From Phoronis australis (lineage: Eukaryota; Animalia; Phoronida): a stretch of 64,000 nucleotides of DNA. A program made the position numbers and the translations under genes. The notes below the pieces were generated by a model that worked only from the letters and a program-made list of their open reading frames with translations, ran no database searches and was not told where the DNA came from. Positions 10,359 to 22,032 of the stretch are shown here, piece by piece. Numbering within the stretch: the first letter of the stretch is position 1; every line of letters begins with the position of its first letter. The stretch is from positions 1 through 64,000 of the forward strand of contig NMRA01000225.1 of the NCBI GenBank assembly GCA_002633005.1, read 5' to 3'.

Positions 10359-10930
10359 CGATGCGCTTCCAAACTTCATTGGTTTGCTCCTATCGACTGT
10401 GATGGTTCTGAATAAGGTGCGAACAAAAGTTGCTAAGTGCTATTAAAAACATTTGTAAATAAGGTAGACCTATTATTACACGATGACTTCGTGTATTGCG
10501 TGTATAACTTTGTGGTCGGACCTCAAAACGGGTTGGCCGGTACATCAAAAATCAGATGGCGCACCCGAAAACTGGTTGGCTGGACCTAAAACGGGTTGTC
10601 GCGTTTTGAAGTCGGGACAACACGTTTGATCACAGACCATTTGGTTTTGCAGTTCAGCCGACTGGTTTTGAAGTCCAGGCAAGTGTTGAAGTCCGACCAA
10701 TTGTTGATCCCCCTATGGAAAGAACTCCCTGGGACATCCGCGTATTACAAATGTAACATTGACAGATCATAGTAAGTAGAACGAAAAAATATTCAGGACA
10801 CCTGGGTACAGGGGTACCTTGACCGCAAACAAGACGGCTTGCAAGTGCATGCAGTTCCAAACTTGCCTCGTGACAGCTAAGGAAAATGGAAATGTAATTC
10901 GAGAGAAGTGTTTTATGGTCGTGGATCGTC

Positions 10931-12944
10931 GGCGGTGCAGTCGAGTCTCATCTCAGTTTCCTGTGGTCGTCGCGGAGCGACACAGTTTGGCTTCGAGATT
11001 CTATTCAGGTGAAAGAATCCGCTGATTTAATGTAGCATTTTGATGTTCATTTGCCAGCATGCTGGATTGTGATGACAATTCCATGTTTGCTGTCATCAAT
11101 TGACGATGAAAAGAGAACATTTCGAACACTGACACGAGTGTACCCACCTTATATCGGAATTGGCAAGAGTTGAAAAAAAATCCGCATCATTTTTTGCTTG
11201 TCTCAGTTTTTTGTTGAAAAAATAACCAACAATAAAAAATACCGCACTACCAATTTGATTTTCAAAAAAAAAACAACAGAACTATAATTTTGCCTAACAA
11301 ACATGACAAATGGCAAATGGCCTCAGTAGTGAAGACTCTTCTGACTGATTGCATACTTTTGGATTCTGTGTTACATTTGAAATCTGTGGAGACAAAAAAG
11401 TCATTGTTAGAAAACGTCACGTGAACGTAGACGCTGACTGGACGACCATGGCACGAATAGTGTCTTTGTGTTTCTGTTTGCACATATTCGGGTTAATATC
11501 CACAGGTTAGTAACCTTGTGCCTATCTAGTTGCAACGATCTTTGTCTGCCCATACCCCGGTAGCTTATCTCGGACATGGAATTCAAAATGCAAATAATTT
11601 CCGACATTTTCTGTTCGAAGTCTACAATCAGGAATTCAACAAACGTGTGAGCTAGGTCCAAACTTGACAATTTAAGAAGGTAAATAGACTTGAAAACTTT
11701 TCAAGTTAGGGCTGAAAAGCGTGGTTGTCAACATACGTGTGACCTAGGTGCAAACTTAACAATTTAACAAGGCAAATAGACTTTTCAAGAAAAAAGCGTA
11801 GTTGGTTAGTGTCTGTGTTTTTTATTTTCTTTTGCTTTTTTCTAGTAACTTTTGCTGCTCATTTTTTATTCACGTGAACTAAAGACACATGCTTATTTCA
11901 TTTTTTCTATTCAGTGACGTCATAATTCAAATAGCANGGCGGTGCAGTCGAGTCTCATCTCAGTTTCCTGTGGTCGTCGCGGAGCGACACAGTTTGGCTT
12001 CGAGATTCTATTCAGGTGAAAGAATCCGCTGATTTAATGGAGCATTTTGATGTTCATTTGCCAGCATGCTGGATTGTGATGACAATTCCATGTTTGCTGT
12101 CATCGATTGACGATGAAAAGAGAACATTTCGAACACTGACACGAGTGTACCCACCTTATATCGGAATTGGCAAGAGTTGAAAAAAAATCCGCATCATTTT
12201 TTGCTTGTCTCAGTTTTTTGTTGAAAAAATAACCAACAATAAAAAATACCGCACTACCAACTTGATTTTCAAAAAAAAAAAAAACAGAACTATAATTTTG
12301 CCTAACAAACATGACAAATGGCAAATGGCCTCAGTAGTGAAGACTCTTCTGACTGATTGCATACTTTTGGATTCTGTGTTACATTTGAAATCTGTGGAGA
12401 CAAAAAAGTCATTGTTAGAAAACGTCACGTGAACGTAGACGCTGACTGGACGACCATGGCACGAATAGTGTCTTTGTGTTTCTGTTTGCACATATTCGGG
12501 TTAATATCCACAGGTTAGTAACCTTGTGCCTATCTAGTTGCAACGATCTTTGTCTGCCCATACCCCGGTAGCTTATCTCGGACATGGAATTCAAAATGCA
12601 AATAATTTCCGACATTTTCTGTTCGAAGTCTACAATCAGGAATTCAACAAACGTGTGAGCTAGGTCCAAACTTGACAATTTAAGAAGGTAAATAGACTTG
12701 AAAACTTTTCAAGTTAGGGCTGAAAAGCGTGGTTGTCAACATACGTGTGACCTAGGTGCAAACTTAACAATTTAACAAGGCAAATAGACTTTTCAAGAAA
12801 AAAGCGTAGTTGGTTAGTGTCTGTGTTTTTTATTTTCTTTTGCTTTTTTCTAGTAACTTTTGCTGCTCATTTTTTATTCACGTGAACTAAAGACACATGC
12901 TTATTTCATTTTTTCTATTCAGTGACGTCATAATTCAAATAGCA
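10931..12944. repeat. ~1.0-kb near-identical tandem duplication joined at a single N (11937); probable assembly artefact
   Basis: 10931-11936 and 11938-12944 differ at only a handful of sites; duplicated ORFs appear in the ORF track. Confidence 0.9.
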
Positions 12945-13945
12945 AGGCTGCCCCTAATGATATTTATGCTAGCATGCGCTCACAGAACCTGGACTAGAAC
13001 TTGCTTGAAATTGCCATTACTTTGTTTACATAAAAGGTCATATTTATATATAAGGGAAATGCGCCACGTTTATGTCTTGCTATACCAAATACGTAAAAAT
13101 GCTTGTGGGAGACGAAATGACGAGCAGTTGAGAGATGTTTTTTTTTGAAATTCAAATCTGAAGGAAAACTGCTTTGCTATCAACAGAAATTCAAAATTTT
13201 TCCGAACAAGCCGCAAAAATACCCAATCAACAGCTTGACTTCAGTTTCAGTGGCAGAGAAAATTTTTGAATTATGCAATTTAGTCCGTTTTTCCTCATTC
13301 TATGCCACTTTAACGACCACATTCATTCGATACAAGTCGTCATTGCAGATTAAATTTCTTACCTCCACTGTTGTCATTCATCATTGACCTTACTACACCC
13401 CATATCGAGCGATCAATCGGCATTATTAAAATATTTTAAACACATTAAAACCTTCGTCCTTCTAAATGTAATGTTACGTCATTTGGTCAGAACCTGAGAG
13501 TAACAAGATGGCAGTCGATCTGATTTGCCGTTGTTCAAGAAAAGTAAAGTAAAGAGAGGCCAAAAATAACCGGGAGAGACCTAATGAAATTTGATTTGCT
13601 TTTAAATATTAGAGCACGCAACAAATACTGTGCACCCATTTTTAGAATTTCTTCTGATTCACGTCCATTTCCGATATATTTCCAACTCTGTTTAAGCTAA
13701 ATGTTGGATGCAGTCTCTCTTCGGCCATTCGTTACCTCTGAACTGGTGACATTGCATTCTACGAGCTGATTCTGCAGCCACGTTGTTGGATACGACGAAT
13801 ACCAAGACCATGTTAAGTCATGGACTTCCACTCCGTGCTGCAACAAGTCGCAGTTTTGTGAACAAATTCCCTAACTGGTTAAAAACCGAAAAAATCCCGA
13901 GTCATTTGCACTGTTGATTAGTCAAGAAAACAACAACGGTTTTAA

Positions 13946-13993
13946 AACTTGACATGTTTCGGTGTCATTTATTAAACACCATCCTCAGAAGTC
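13946..13993 (-). ncRNA. Minimal hammerhead ribozyme (Penelope pLTR type)
   Basis: Minus strand reads gactt-CTGAGGA-t-ggtgt-(loop)-acacc-GAAA-catg-TC-aagtt: core boxes, stem II ggtgt/acacc, palindromic stem III ACATGT, GUC cleavage triplet and stem I gactt/aagtt. Confidence 0.75.
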
Positions 13994-14052
13994 ATAATAC
14001 AGTGGCCACCTAGCTAGGCCCAGCAACAAGTAATGAAGCACAGATACAGTCA

Positions 14053-14142
14053 GTTAAAACTCTAATAGACAGGGTATATCGCATTAACAACACTTGGGCT
14101 GGATTTGATTCTAATATTAAAGAACTTACAACGAATTTGCTG
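14053..14142 (+). mobile_element. Penelope-like element RT C-terminal fragment
   Basis: Translates VKTLIDRVYRINNTWAGFDSNIKELTTNLL, resembling the recalled Penelope motif (L/I)KTLxDRAYKINNTWxGF. It lies next to the inverted hammerhead. Confidence 0.75.
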
Positions 14143-14188
14143 CTACTTGCTATCATGGAGACCGTTGATTAGAGTTTTGAAAAAGACA

Positions 14189-17139
14189 CAGACCCAACCG
14201 ACACGCGCTTTTTGGAATTCACTAAAAATTAAGCTCTAAGTCTATAACAAATTGTTCCTTAATCAAATTAGTGGTGCTTTCTGGGCCTCAAAGGAGCTGA
14301 AAGATCGCCATTGCTTAAAATCAGGCCGAGAGGGGGCAGTGTAGCCTAGCCGTCCACTTCCCTTACTCAAAATGTGTGCTTGCGTACCCCTGGGGCACAC
14401 TGCTAAACCCTTGGGTCGTTTTTATCTCCTCAGTTTGATGTTAACTGCATATCAATAGAGTGATTCCAGGTGATTATAGTGCAATGGGCCCACTTTAGCG
14501 TCCTGCACACGTCTCAGTGGTAACGTGTACTACCTGCAATTATTTTTTAAAAAATTACGCTCCACCACTTGGCTTGTCACAGCGTGTCATTTTGTGCGCT
14601 GAGGATGATGTTTTAGCCAACGCCAGATTTATGAATCACTGCTTATCTTAGCAGCGAGCAAGTTTTCAGACCTTTTTAGCGGCAAGTAGTCTAGATCAAA
14701 AGTTTGCCTCTTGGATTAAACGTGGGTTATATATCCGCTTAGACATTTCACTCTGAACGGTTTCGTTTACGTTGCTCATGGCAAAATCTCTCTGCAAGTA
14801 TAACCTTTCCGTATTTGTCTTACAGCTCCGGAAGCAGATAAAGGTAAGATTTTTCCTGTTAATCCAAAAGTTTAGAAAGTAACACGAACGACACGTGTTT
14901 ACCACGGCCCTGTTTCACTCAAACGTCGCAAAGTTACGACCTTTTTAACTTGCGTCATTTTTTAACATTCTTCCATCTTAAGTGAAAATTAGGCCCCGTT
15001 TCTAGAACTTGCACTTTCATATACTAGCTCCTTTTTAAATCTCAGAACAAGTCATTACTAGGAACTTGTCCCACACATGTAAATCACGCATACGACTAAA
15101 AAGTGTAAATCATTAAGGAGGGCAACCTGCTCACCATGTCCATAAATAATAGTTCCAGATGCAATGGGCCCACTTGAGAGTCCTGCACACCTCTCAGCGG
15201 TAACGTGTACCACCTGCAATTATTTTTTAAAAACTAAGCTCTACCAGGCTTGTTACGGCGTGTCAATTTGTGCGATGAGCATGGTGTTAGCCAACGCCAG
15301 ATTAACGAACCACTGCTCATGGCATCTTAGCAACGAACAAGTTCAGAGCTTTTTAGTGGCAAGTAGTCTAGATCAAAAGTTTGCCTCTTGGATTGAACGT
15401 GGGTTATAGATCCGCTTAGATATGGCAAAATCTCTGTGCTGAAATTATGTTTCCGTATTTGTCTTACAGCTCCAGAAGCAGATAAAAGTATTTTACTGCT
15501 GATCTAAAAGTTTAGAAATTAACGGGAACGACACGTGTTGTCCTGGGCCCTGTTTCACTCAAACGTCTCAAATTCATGACCTTTTTAACTTGCGCCATTT
15601 TTCAAAGTCTTTAGTCGTAAATGAAAATTGGGCACTGAACTAGCTCCTTTTAAATCTCAAAAANCAGACTCAACCGACATGCGCTTTTTGGAATTCACTA
15701 AAAATTAAGCTCTAATTATATAACAAATTGTTCCTTAATCAAATTAGTGGTGCTGTCTGGGCCTCAAAGGAGCTGAAAGATCGCCATTGCTTAAAATCAG
15801 GCCGAGAGGGGGCAGTGTAGCCTAGCCGTCCACTTCCCTTACTCAAAATGTGTGCTTGCGTACCCCTGGGGCACACTGCTAAACCCTTGAGTCGTTTTTA
15901 TCTCCTCAGTTTGATGTTAACTGCATATCAATAGAGTGATTCCAGGTGATTATAGTGCAATGGGCCCACTTTAGCGTCCTGCACACGTCTCAGTGGTAAC
16001 GTGTACTACCTGCAATTATTTTTAAAAAAACTACGCTCCACCACTTGGCTTGTCACAGCGTGTCATTTTGTGCGCTGAGGATGGTGTTTTAGCCAACGCC
16101 AGATTTATGAATCACTGCTTATCTTAGCAGCGAGCAAGTTTTCAGACCTTTTTAGCGGCAAGTAGTCTAGATCAAAAGTTTGCCTCTTGTATTAAACGTG
16201 GGTTATATATCCGCTTAGATATTTCACTCTGAACGGTTTCGTTTACGTTGCTCATGGCAAAATCTCTCTGCAAGTATAATCTTTCCGTATTTGTCTTACA
16301 GCTCCGGAAGCAGATAAAGGTAAGATTTTTCCTGTTAATCCAAAAGTTTAGAAAGTAACACGAACGACACGTGTTTATCACGGCCCTGTTTCACTCAAAC
16401 GTCGCAAAGTTACGACCTTTTTAACTTGCGTCATTTTTTAACATTCTTCCATCTTAAATGAAAATTAGGCCCCGTTTCTAGAACTTACACTTTCATATAC
16501 TATCTCATTTTTAAATCTCAGAAAAAGTCATGACTAGTAACTTGTCCCACACATGTAAATCACGCATACGACTAAAAAGTGTAAATCATTAAGGCGGGCA
16601 ACCTGCTCACCATGTCCATAAATAATAGTTCCAGATGCAATGGGCCCACTTGAGAGTCCTGCACACCTCTCAGTGGTAACGTGTACCACCTGCAATTATT
16701 TTTTAAAAACTAAGCTCTACCAGGCTTGTTACGGCGTGTCAAATTGTGCGATGAGCATGGTGTTAGCCAACGCCAGATTAACGAACCACTGCTCACGGCA
16801 TCTTAGCAACGAACAAGTTCAGAGCTTTTTAGTGGCAAGTAGTCTAGATCAAAAGTTTGCCTCTTGGATTGAACGTGGGTTATAGATCCGCTTAGATATG
16901 GCAAAATCTCTGTGCTGAAATTATGTTTCCGTATTTGTCTTACAGCTCCAGAAGCAGATAAAAGTATTTTACTGCTGATCTAAAAGTTTAGAAATTAACG
17001 GGAACGACACGTGTTGTCCTGGGCCCTGTTTCACTCAAACGTCTCAAATTCATGACCTTTTTAACTTACGCCATTTTTCAAAGTCTTTAGTCGTAAATGA
17101 AAATTGGGCACTGAACTAGCTCCTTTTAAATCTCAAAAA
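14189..17139. repeat. ~1.48-kb near-identical tandem duplication joined at a single N (15664); probable assembly artefact
   Basis: 14189-15663 vs 15665-17139 differ only by scattered SNPs; ORFs 14696/16172 and 15164/16640 are duplicated. Confidence 0.9.
14464..15663. repeat. Older ~0.68-kb tandem unit starting tgcaatgggcccac (two diverged units per duplication copy; related head at ~17900)
   Basis: Units at ~14480 and ~15160 share tctagatcaaaagtttgcctcttggatt and ggccctgtttcactcaaacgtc but are clearly diverged. Confidence 0.8.
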
Positions 17140-17653
17140 GTCACGACTGGTAACTTGTCCTGCAGATGTAAATCATGCATACTACTAAAAAGCGTAAGTC
17201 ATTAAGGGGGGGCCCCACCGGTAGTTGTAGCCAAGTTGACTTATTTACTTACTGGAGGGATTTTGTAAACTTTTAGTCAATTTCTATCAAATGAAATTAA
17301 TGAAAATAGCAATACCTCAAACCAGACGTTTGGAGCAATGGGCGATGTTATACCTATAAACTGTCCCATTTTTGGTGGAACCGGCGGCCTTCCAAAGCTT
17401 TATCAAAGGTACTGACGCAGCCTCAGAACGTCCTGCCTTTGTCACCCGCGTATGTTTTTGTGCTGTTCTGCAGTATTTACCGCTACCTCCCGATCCATTT
17501 CATAGGCATGCCAAAAATACCAATGGCACGATTCTATTGCGCAACGGCCTAGTCCAATGTTTTCCTTATAACTGGCTCCTGGTTCTTCAATTATTGGAAA
17601 TCCTGTGCTCTACAAGTTGTAATCGAACGGTGATTTTCACTTTTGGGGCCTAT

Positions 17654-17829
17654 TTCATGATAAGTGGCTTTAGGCTTAAAGAGGTCTGGAACGCGAAAAA
17701 CAGACTTTTAACTGACTCCTAGCTCGCCAACCATTGGAACACGTGTGCACTACATGTTGTATCCGAAGGGTGATTTTCACGATAAGTGGCTTAAGGCTTA
17801 AAGAGGTCTGGAACGCAAAAAACAGACTT
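17654..17829. repeat. Two-copy direct repeat, ~122-bp period
   Basis: gataagtggctt(t/a)aggcttaaagaggtctggaacgc(g/a)aaaaacagactt at ~17659 and ~17781. Confidence 0.8.
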
Positions 17830-19981
17830 AATTGTATTATTCAGGGTGGTTCTCCGTTACTGAAACCGAATTCAACCTTGTCATCGTGTTCATAAAAGTG
17901 GTTCCGGGTGATCAGTGCAATGGGCCCACCTGTGCGGCCTGCGCACCAAATCCCCTGCCATGATTTTGAAGTCGTGAAGTTTGACTTACGCTCCAAATTC
18001 ACTATAAGGGAATAAGAGTTTTTCCATTTAAGTGTTATCACATCACATTTTGGAAATAATTTGTGAAAATTATCCAACTTGGGATATACTTTCAAACATT
18101 TTCTACATATTTACCGTGATGAGATAAACGACGAAATTACTGGCTAAAGTAGTAAAGGGACTGTAACTGTTCTTGGAGTCTTTTTTGCTTTTAATTACGA
18201 TTTTCCGGTTATCAAACCTAAGGAAATTCCACAGGGTTTTAATTAATTACGCATAGATGCGTCACTACGTAAGCGACGTTTGCGGCCCGAATCACTCTCC
18301 ACCATCTTAGTTTCCATGCATTTCGGACAGTTTGTGGCATCGAATGCGTCACTGTGTGCGTCAGTTTAGCAAACACTCATCCCACGTACATTATGGAACT
18401 ATCATACGTTTGCTCAAAGGTTTACCAGCACAATTTCTGAAGTCGCTCTTACTGAACGTAATGCAATCATAGGTCGTACAGGGTTCTCATAACCGTGGAG
18501 AGAGGTAGTTAATAGGAAAACCAAAACATGTATCTACGTGCAAGAGTACTTTGGATTCACGGTCGTTTCCAACGACAAAAGCCACAGGGATCCGGACTTT
18601 GAGAACAAACTTGATGCCCGTTATTCAGTAGTTGGCAAAACCAAGAATATATAAATTCGTACACGTTCAAAGTTACCTCGACGAATATTCATGATTTCAG
18701 TGAGTCATCAAACAAAAATTGTTGCGTTTAGAAGTACGTTGATGCTCATTTAATCAATTCAGCCCCATTTTTTTAAACTTGTCAATTTTTAGTTTTGTGA
18801 CGTTGCGGAAACACTCATTTGGTGCATGTGTTGTCTTTCTTTAAATTGGTCAATGTCCTATAAAAAGGAAATGGAAAAGAATGACGTCTGGCGTCACAAT
18901 TTTAGTTAAAAACTGAAATTATATTCGTAGATAACTTTGTTTTTTTCACTCGCCAACATCGCCATCGGCCGTCAAGTCGAGCACTGGTGGCTATGTCAGT
19001 TCAGGATCAAACACTGAAAGCAGCTGATGATGTCTACAGCTTGAGTTAAGAAACGTTTCAGTTTATCAATAACCAACCACTTAATCCAAACACCCTTTGT
19101 CAATTTTAATTGCAGATTTGAAACAATAACGCAAAAAGCAACTCCTATCACTCAAAGCCTTCTTGTAGTGACCTTGACCCTTGTACCATGATTTTCGATC
19201 AGTGGTGCTCGGAAATTAAAGTAAATTGAAAATATAATTGATCAGCTTTTTATGGTTCTAACTTGTTTTTTCTTGACAGCTATATCGATAATTAAGCATT
19301 TTATGCTTACCTGTGGTGATTCAGAACTCGCATTCCGGCTGAATTGCTTTGCATTGCCTTTTAAATTGCGTGGTAGGCAAAAAAGTGTAGTAAATACTCT
19401 CAATCGTTACCAAATTCACTACGAACGCTTTGGTTTTGATTAAAAATACATTTATTTTTCAATCTTCTTGGTTTGTCTCTGTCACTGGTTGATAGGTCAA
19501 GCAGAAAATTCACTGAAATTCTTTCAAAGATTTAATTATCAATCAGATGTTCTTCATGGAAAAAACAAAAAGAACACTTTGTGACTATATCAGGTTTATT
19601 CCATCAATAGCTTTCCCATTAACATAAATTTCTACTCCTTAATGGAAATTGGTGTAGTCTGGTTCATATGGATAAGTTTTTAATTTTATATATTTTATAT
19701 CTCAATGTAGTTGTCAATTAATTTTGTAGTTGGGATCAGTTTCTCTTGCATTTCAAAATTGCTTGAGTGACCTACGGTAATCAGAGTAAAGAAACCATTT
19801 CAGTTGATCGTTCATGAAAACCAACTGTCCGTACTCAGTCAGGACTTTACAGTTCCACGAGTACTTAGCACCTTATCTGGGAACTGATGTGGAACTGATG
19901 TGATCTGAAACTGGCACATTGACTGTACCATGAGGCAAGAGTCCTATGCTAACCTTTGGGGTTGTATTACCCAACGCCTAA

Positions 19982-20111
19982 AGGTCTTTTCATACTGACT
20001 TAACTCTGGTCTGAGCGGAGGGTCGACGTAAACTGCGAAGTTAACTAAACCGTTCACACTGACCGCAACTCCCCTAAACGTCGACGCGTCGACGTTAGTA
20101 TGAAAGGACCT
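19982..20111. mobile_element. PIF/Harbinger (Tourist-like) MITE with TAA target-site duplication
   Basis: TAA|AGGTCTTTTCATACT...AGTATGAAAGGACCT|TAA: 15-bp TIR with one mismatch. Internal perfect 20-bp palindrome at 20077-20096. Confidence 0.85.
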
Positions 20112-21186
20112 TAAGTGACTTCAAGCCAGACTGTAACTAACCTCTCTCACAACTTTTAAGGCTTAAGGGCTCACACATTAAAATGTATGCGGCTTAAGCC
20201 CCGTTGATGAAGAATACCTATTACTGCATCGGTTTTAAAAATTTGAAGACGGATAATATTTAGTTTTCAATTTCAAAAACAGTCATGAAGTTCGTTTGCC
20301 TTACTTATTGTTCGTTTCTTGATTTTGAAACTAGTATGCTAAAGAGGCGCTTTGGCTACAACCGCAATTATCTCTTCCAATAAAGATTCACCCTAGCCCA
20401 TGAATAGCGACTAGCTCACATCTCTCTGTGACGGCGCCAGCGATTGGCAACAATGAATCCATTTTTGACACTCCAAGAATCTTATACTACTTGTAACTTG
20501 ATGAGGGTTTAAAATTTAATTGAAAAATAATGTCAATTTTCACACAAATAAATTTTTGAGGCTGGTTGTCAATGCCCAATAGTCTGCTTCCTTTAATGCT
20601 TCAAATTAAAAAATGATGAGGTATTTATTTGGTGCTACATGCCATTTATGAATGAATTAGATCAGTAAACTTTCACTTGCCTTTCATATTGTGTCCTTCC
20701 CTTCTTATTCTTTGCAGCCAAGTCTTGAATGGAGTTACAGTGTGACAGATAATACTGTTAGACGTTTAAAAATCGTAACGGTTTCAATCTCGGGCACACT
20801 GTTCGGTACAATGTTGCAAAGTCCACAAATCTAACCTTTTGTTTATTGAATTGTTGAACTTTTACCTCATTAAGCTTGACACAGTATAAGAAGAGACACC
20901 ATGTTGTTAGAATGAGTAAATCTTTTGCAACGATTAGCTTTAGAATAAGATAATATTAAGTGCAATTAGAAGTAACTTTTTGTGAAATTTCAAATTCACA
21001 AAGTGAATCCATTTGTAGAGAATTGATGCAGAAAGGCATCTTTTCTCTAAAAATGTCAGAAAAGTCTGCCTTCGGAGTGGGACATCCCGTCTACCACTTC
21101 CGTGGGAGTAACGAATGTCTGTTTCTGTGCTATTGTCGATGACAAAATTTATTCAGTATGACACAGAGGAATCAGCTTTGCTGGGT

Positions 21187-22032
21187 GATTGTTCTGAAAC
21201 CCCGTCGACCCCCACACCCCTCGACATCCTCGACCCACAACGCCCTCGACCCACGACCCTCGATCCACAACCCCGTCGACTCAGTCTACACAAACTCGAT
21301 TCGATCCAAACAGAACAAGCGCTGATTTGTAGGACCAATGAGTTGGGCCGTGAGCTCGGCTGGCTTTTCCCTGTTTTTGCAATTAAGGCAGTGGATTCGG
21401 CAAGTTTGAAGGCCAAAAATAGAGAAAAAAACAACGCGACCAAATAAGTCAAAGACTTACCAAATTTACAAATGTCGTTCCCGACAGAGTGCAACCGTCT
21501 CGTCTGCTCTTCAGTGAATTGCAGAGTGCGAGGACCCAACAAAACTGTAATTTCACCTGTAAATACAGTTTGAAAAAACAAACTGTTAACTAAAAAGTGT
21601 TTCAACGTTATGCGGAGTACATATATATTGTAAACGAGTATACAATACAAAGCAAATAATAAAAATATGAAATTATGTACATTAACGTTAACGTACACTC
21701 TCCCTAAGTTTATTAGAACTGCGCCGTTGATAGCCGCTATGGAACTATTATATTACCGTTACAACGATAGAGGGCTCGCACTGTGCTATTCAAGACCACC
21801 GGCGCTCTCACGCCACTTTCTGTTTTCAAACACAAGACTTCAGTCAAAGCAGGCTTGCTTGTATGTTTGTCTTATGAGAAAGTCGCCCAGCGACGTAGTA
21901 AGAATATGAAATATGTAAAAAGCGCACAGATACCTCTATTGCTCCAGCTCGTGGGTCGAGGGGTCTTGGGTCATGGGTCGTGGATAGAGGGGGTTGTGGG
22001 AGCCATGGATCGAGGGGGTTTCAGCGCAATTC
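21187..22032. mobile_element. Non-autonomous element with inverted ends built from CCCTCGACCC subrepeats
   Basis: Left ttgttctgaaaccccgtcgaccccc...ccctcgacccac mirrors right gtgggtcgagggg...tcgagggggtttcagcgcaa. Confidence 0.65.

Noticed and set aside
11262-12678. Duplicated small ORFs as a tandem gene pair (likewise 14696-16885)
   Set aside because: No recognisable domains, and they are duplicated only through the N-joined overlaps.
14599-14630. Hammerhead-like CTGAGGA plus stem (also 16075 and CTGATGA at 49249)
   Set aside because: No GAAA box after the putative stem II.
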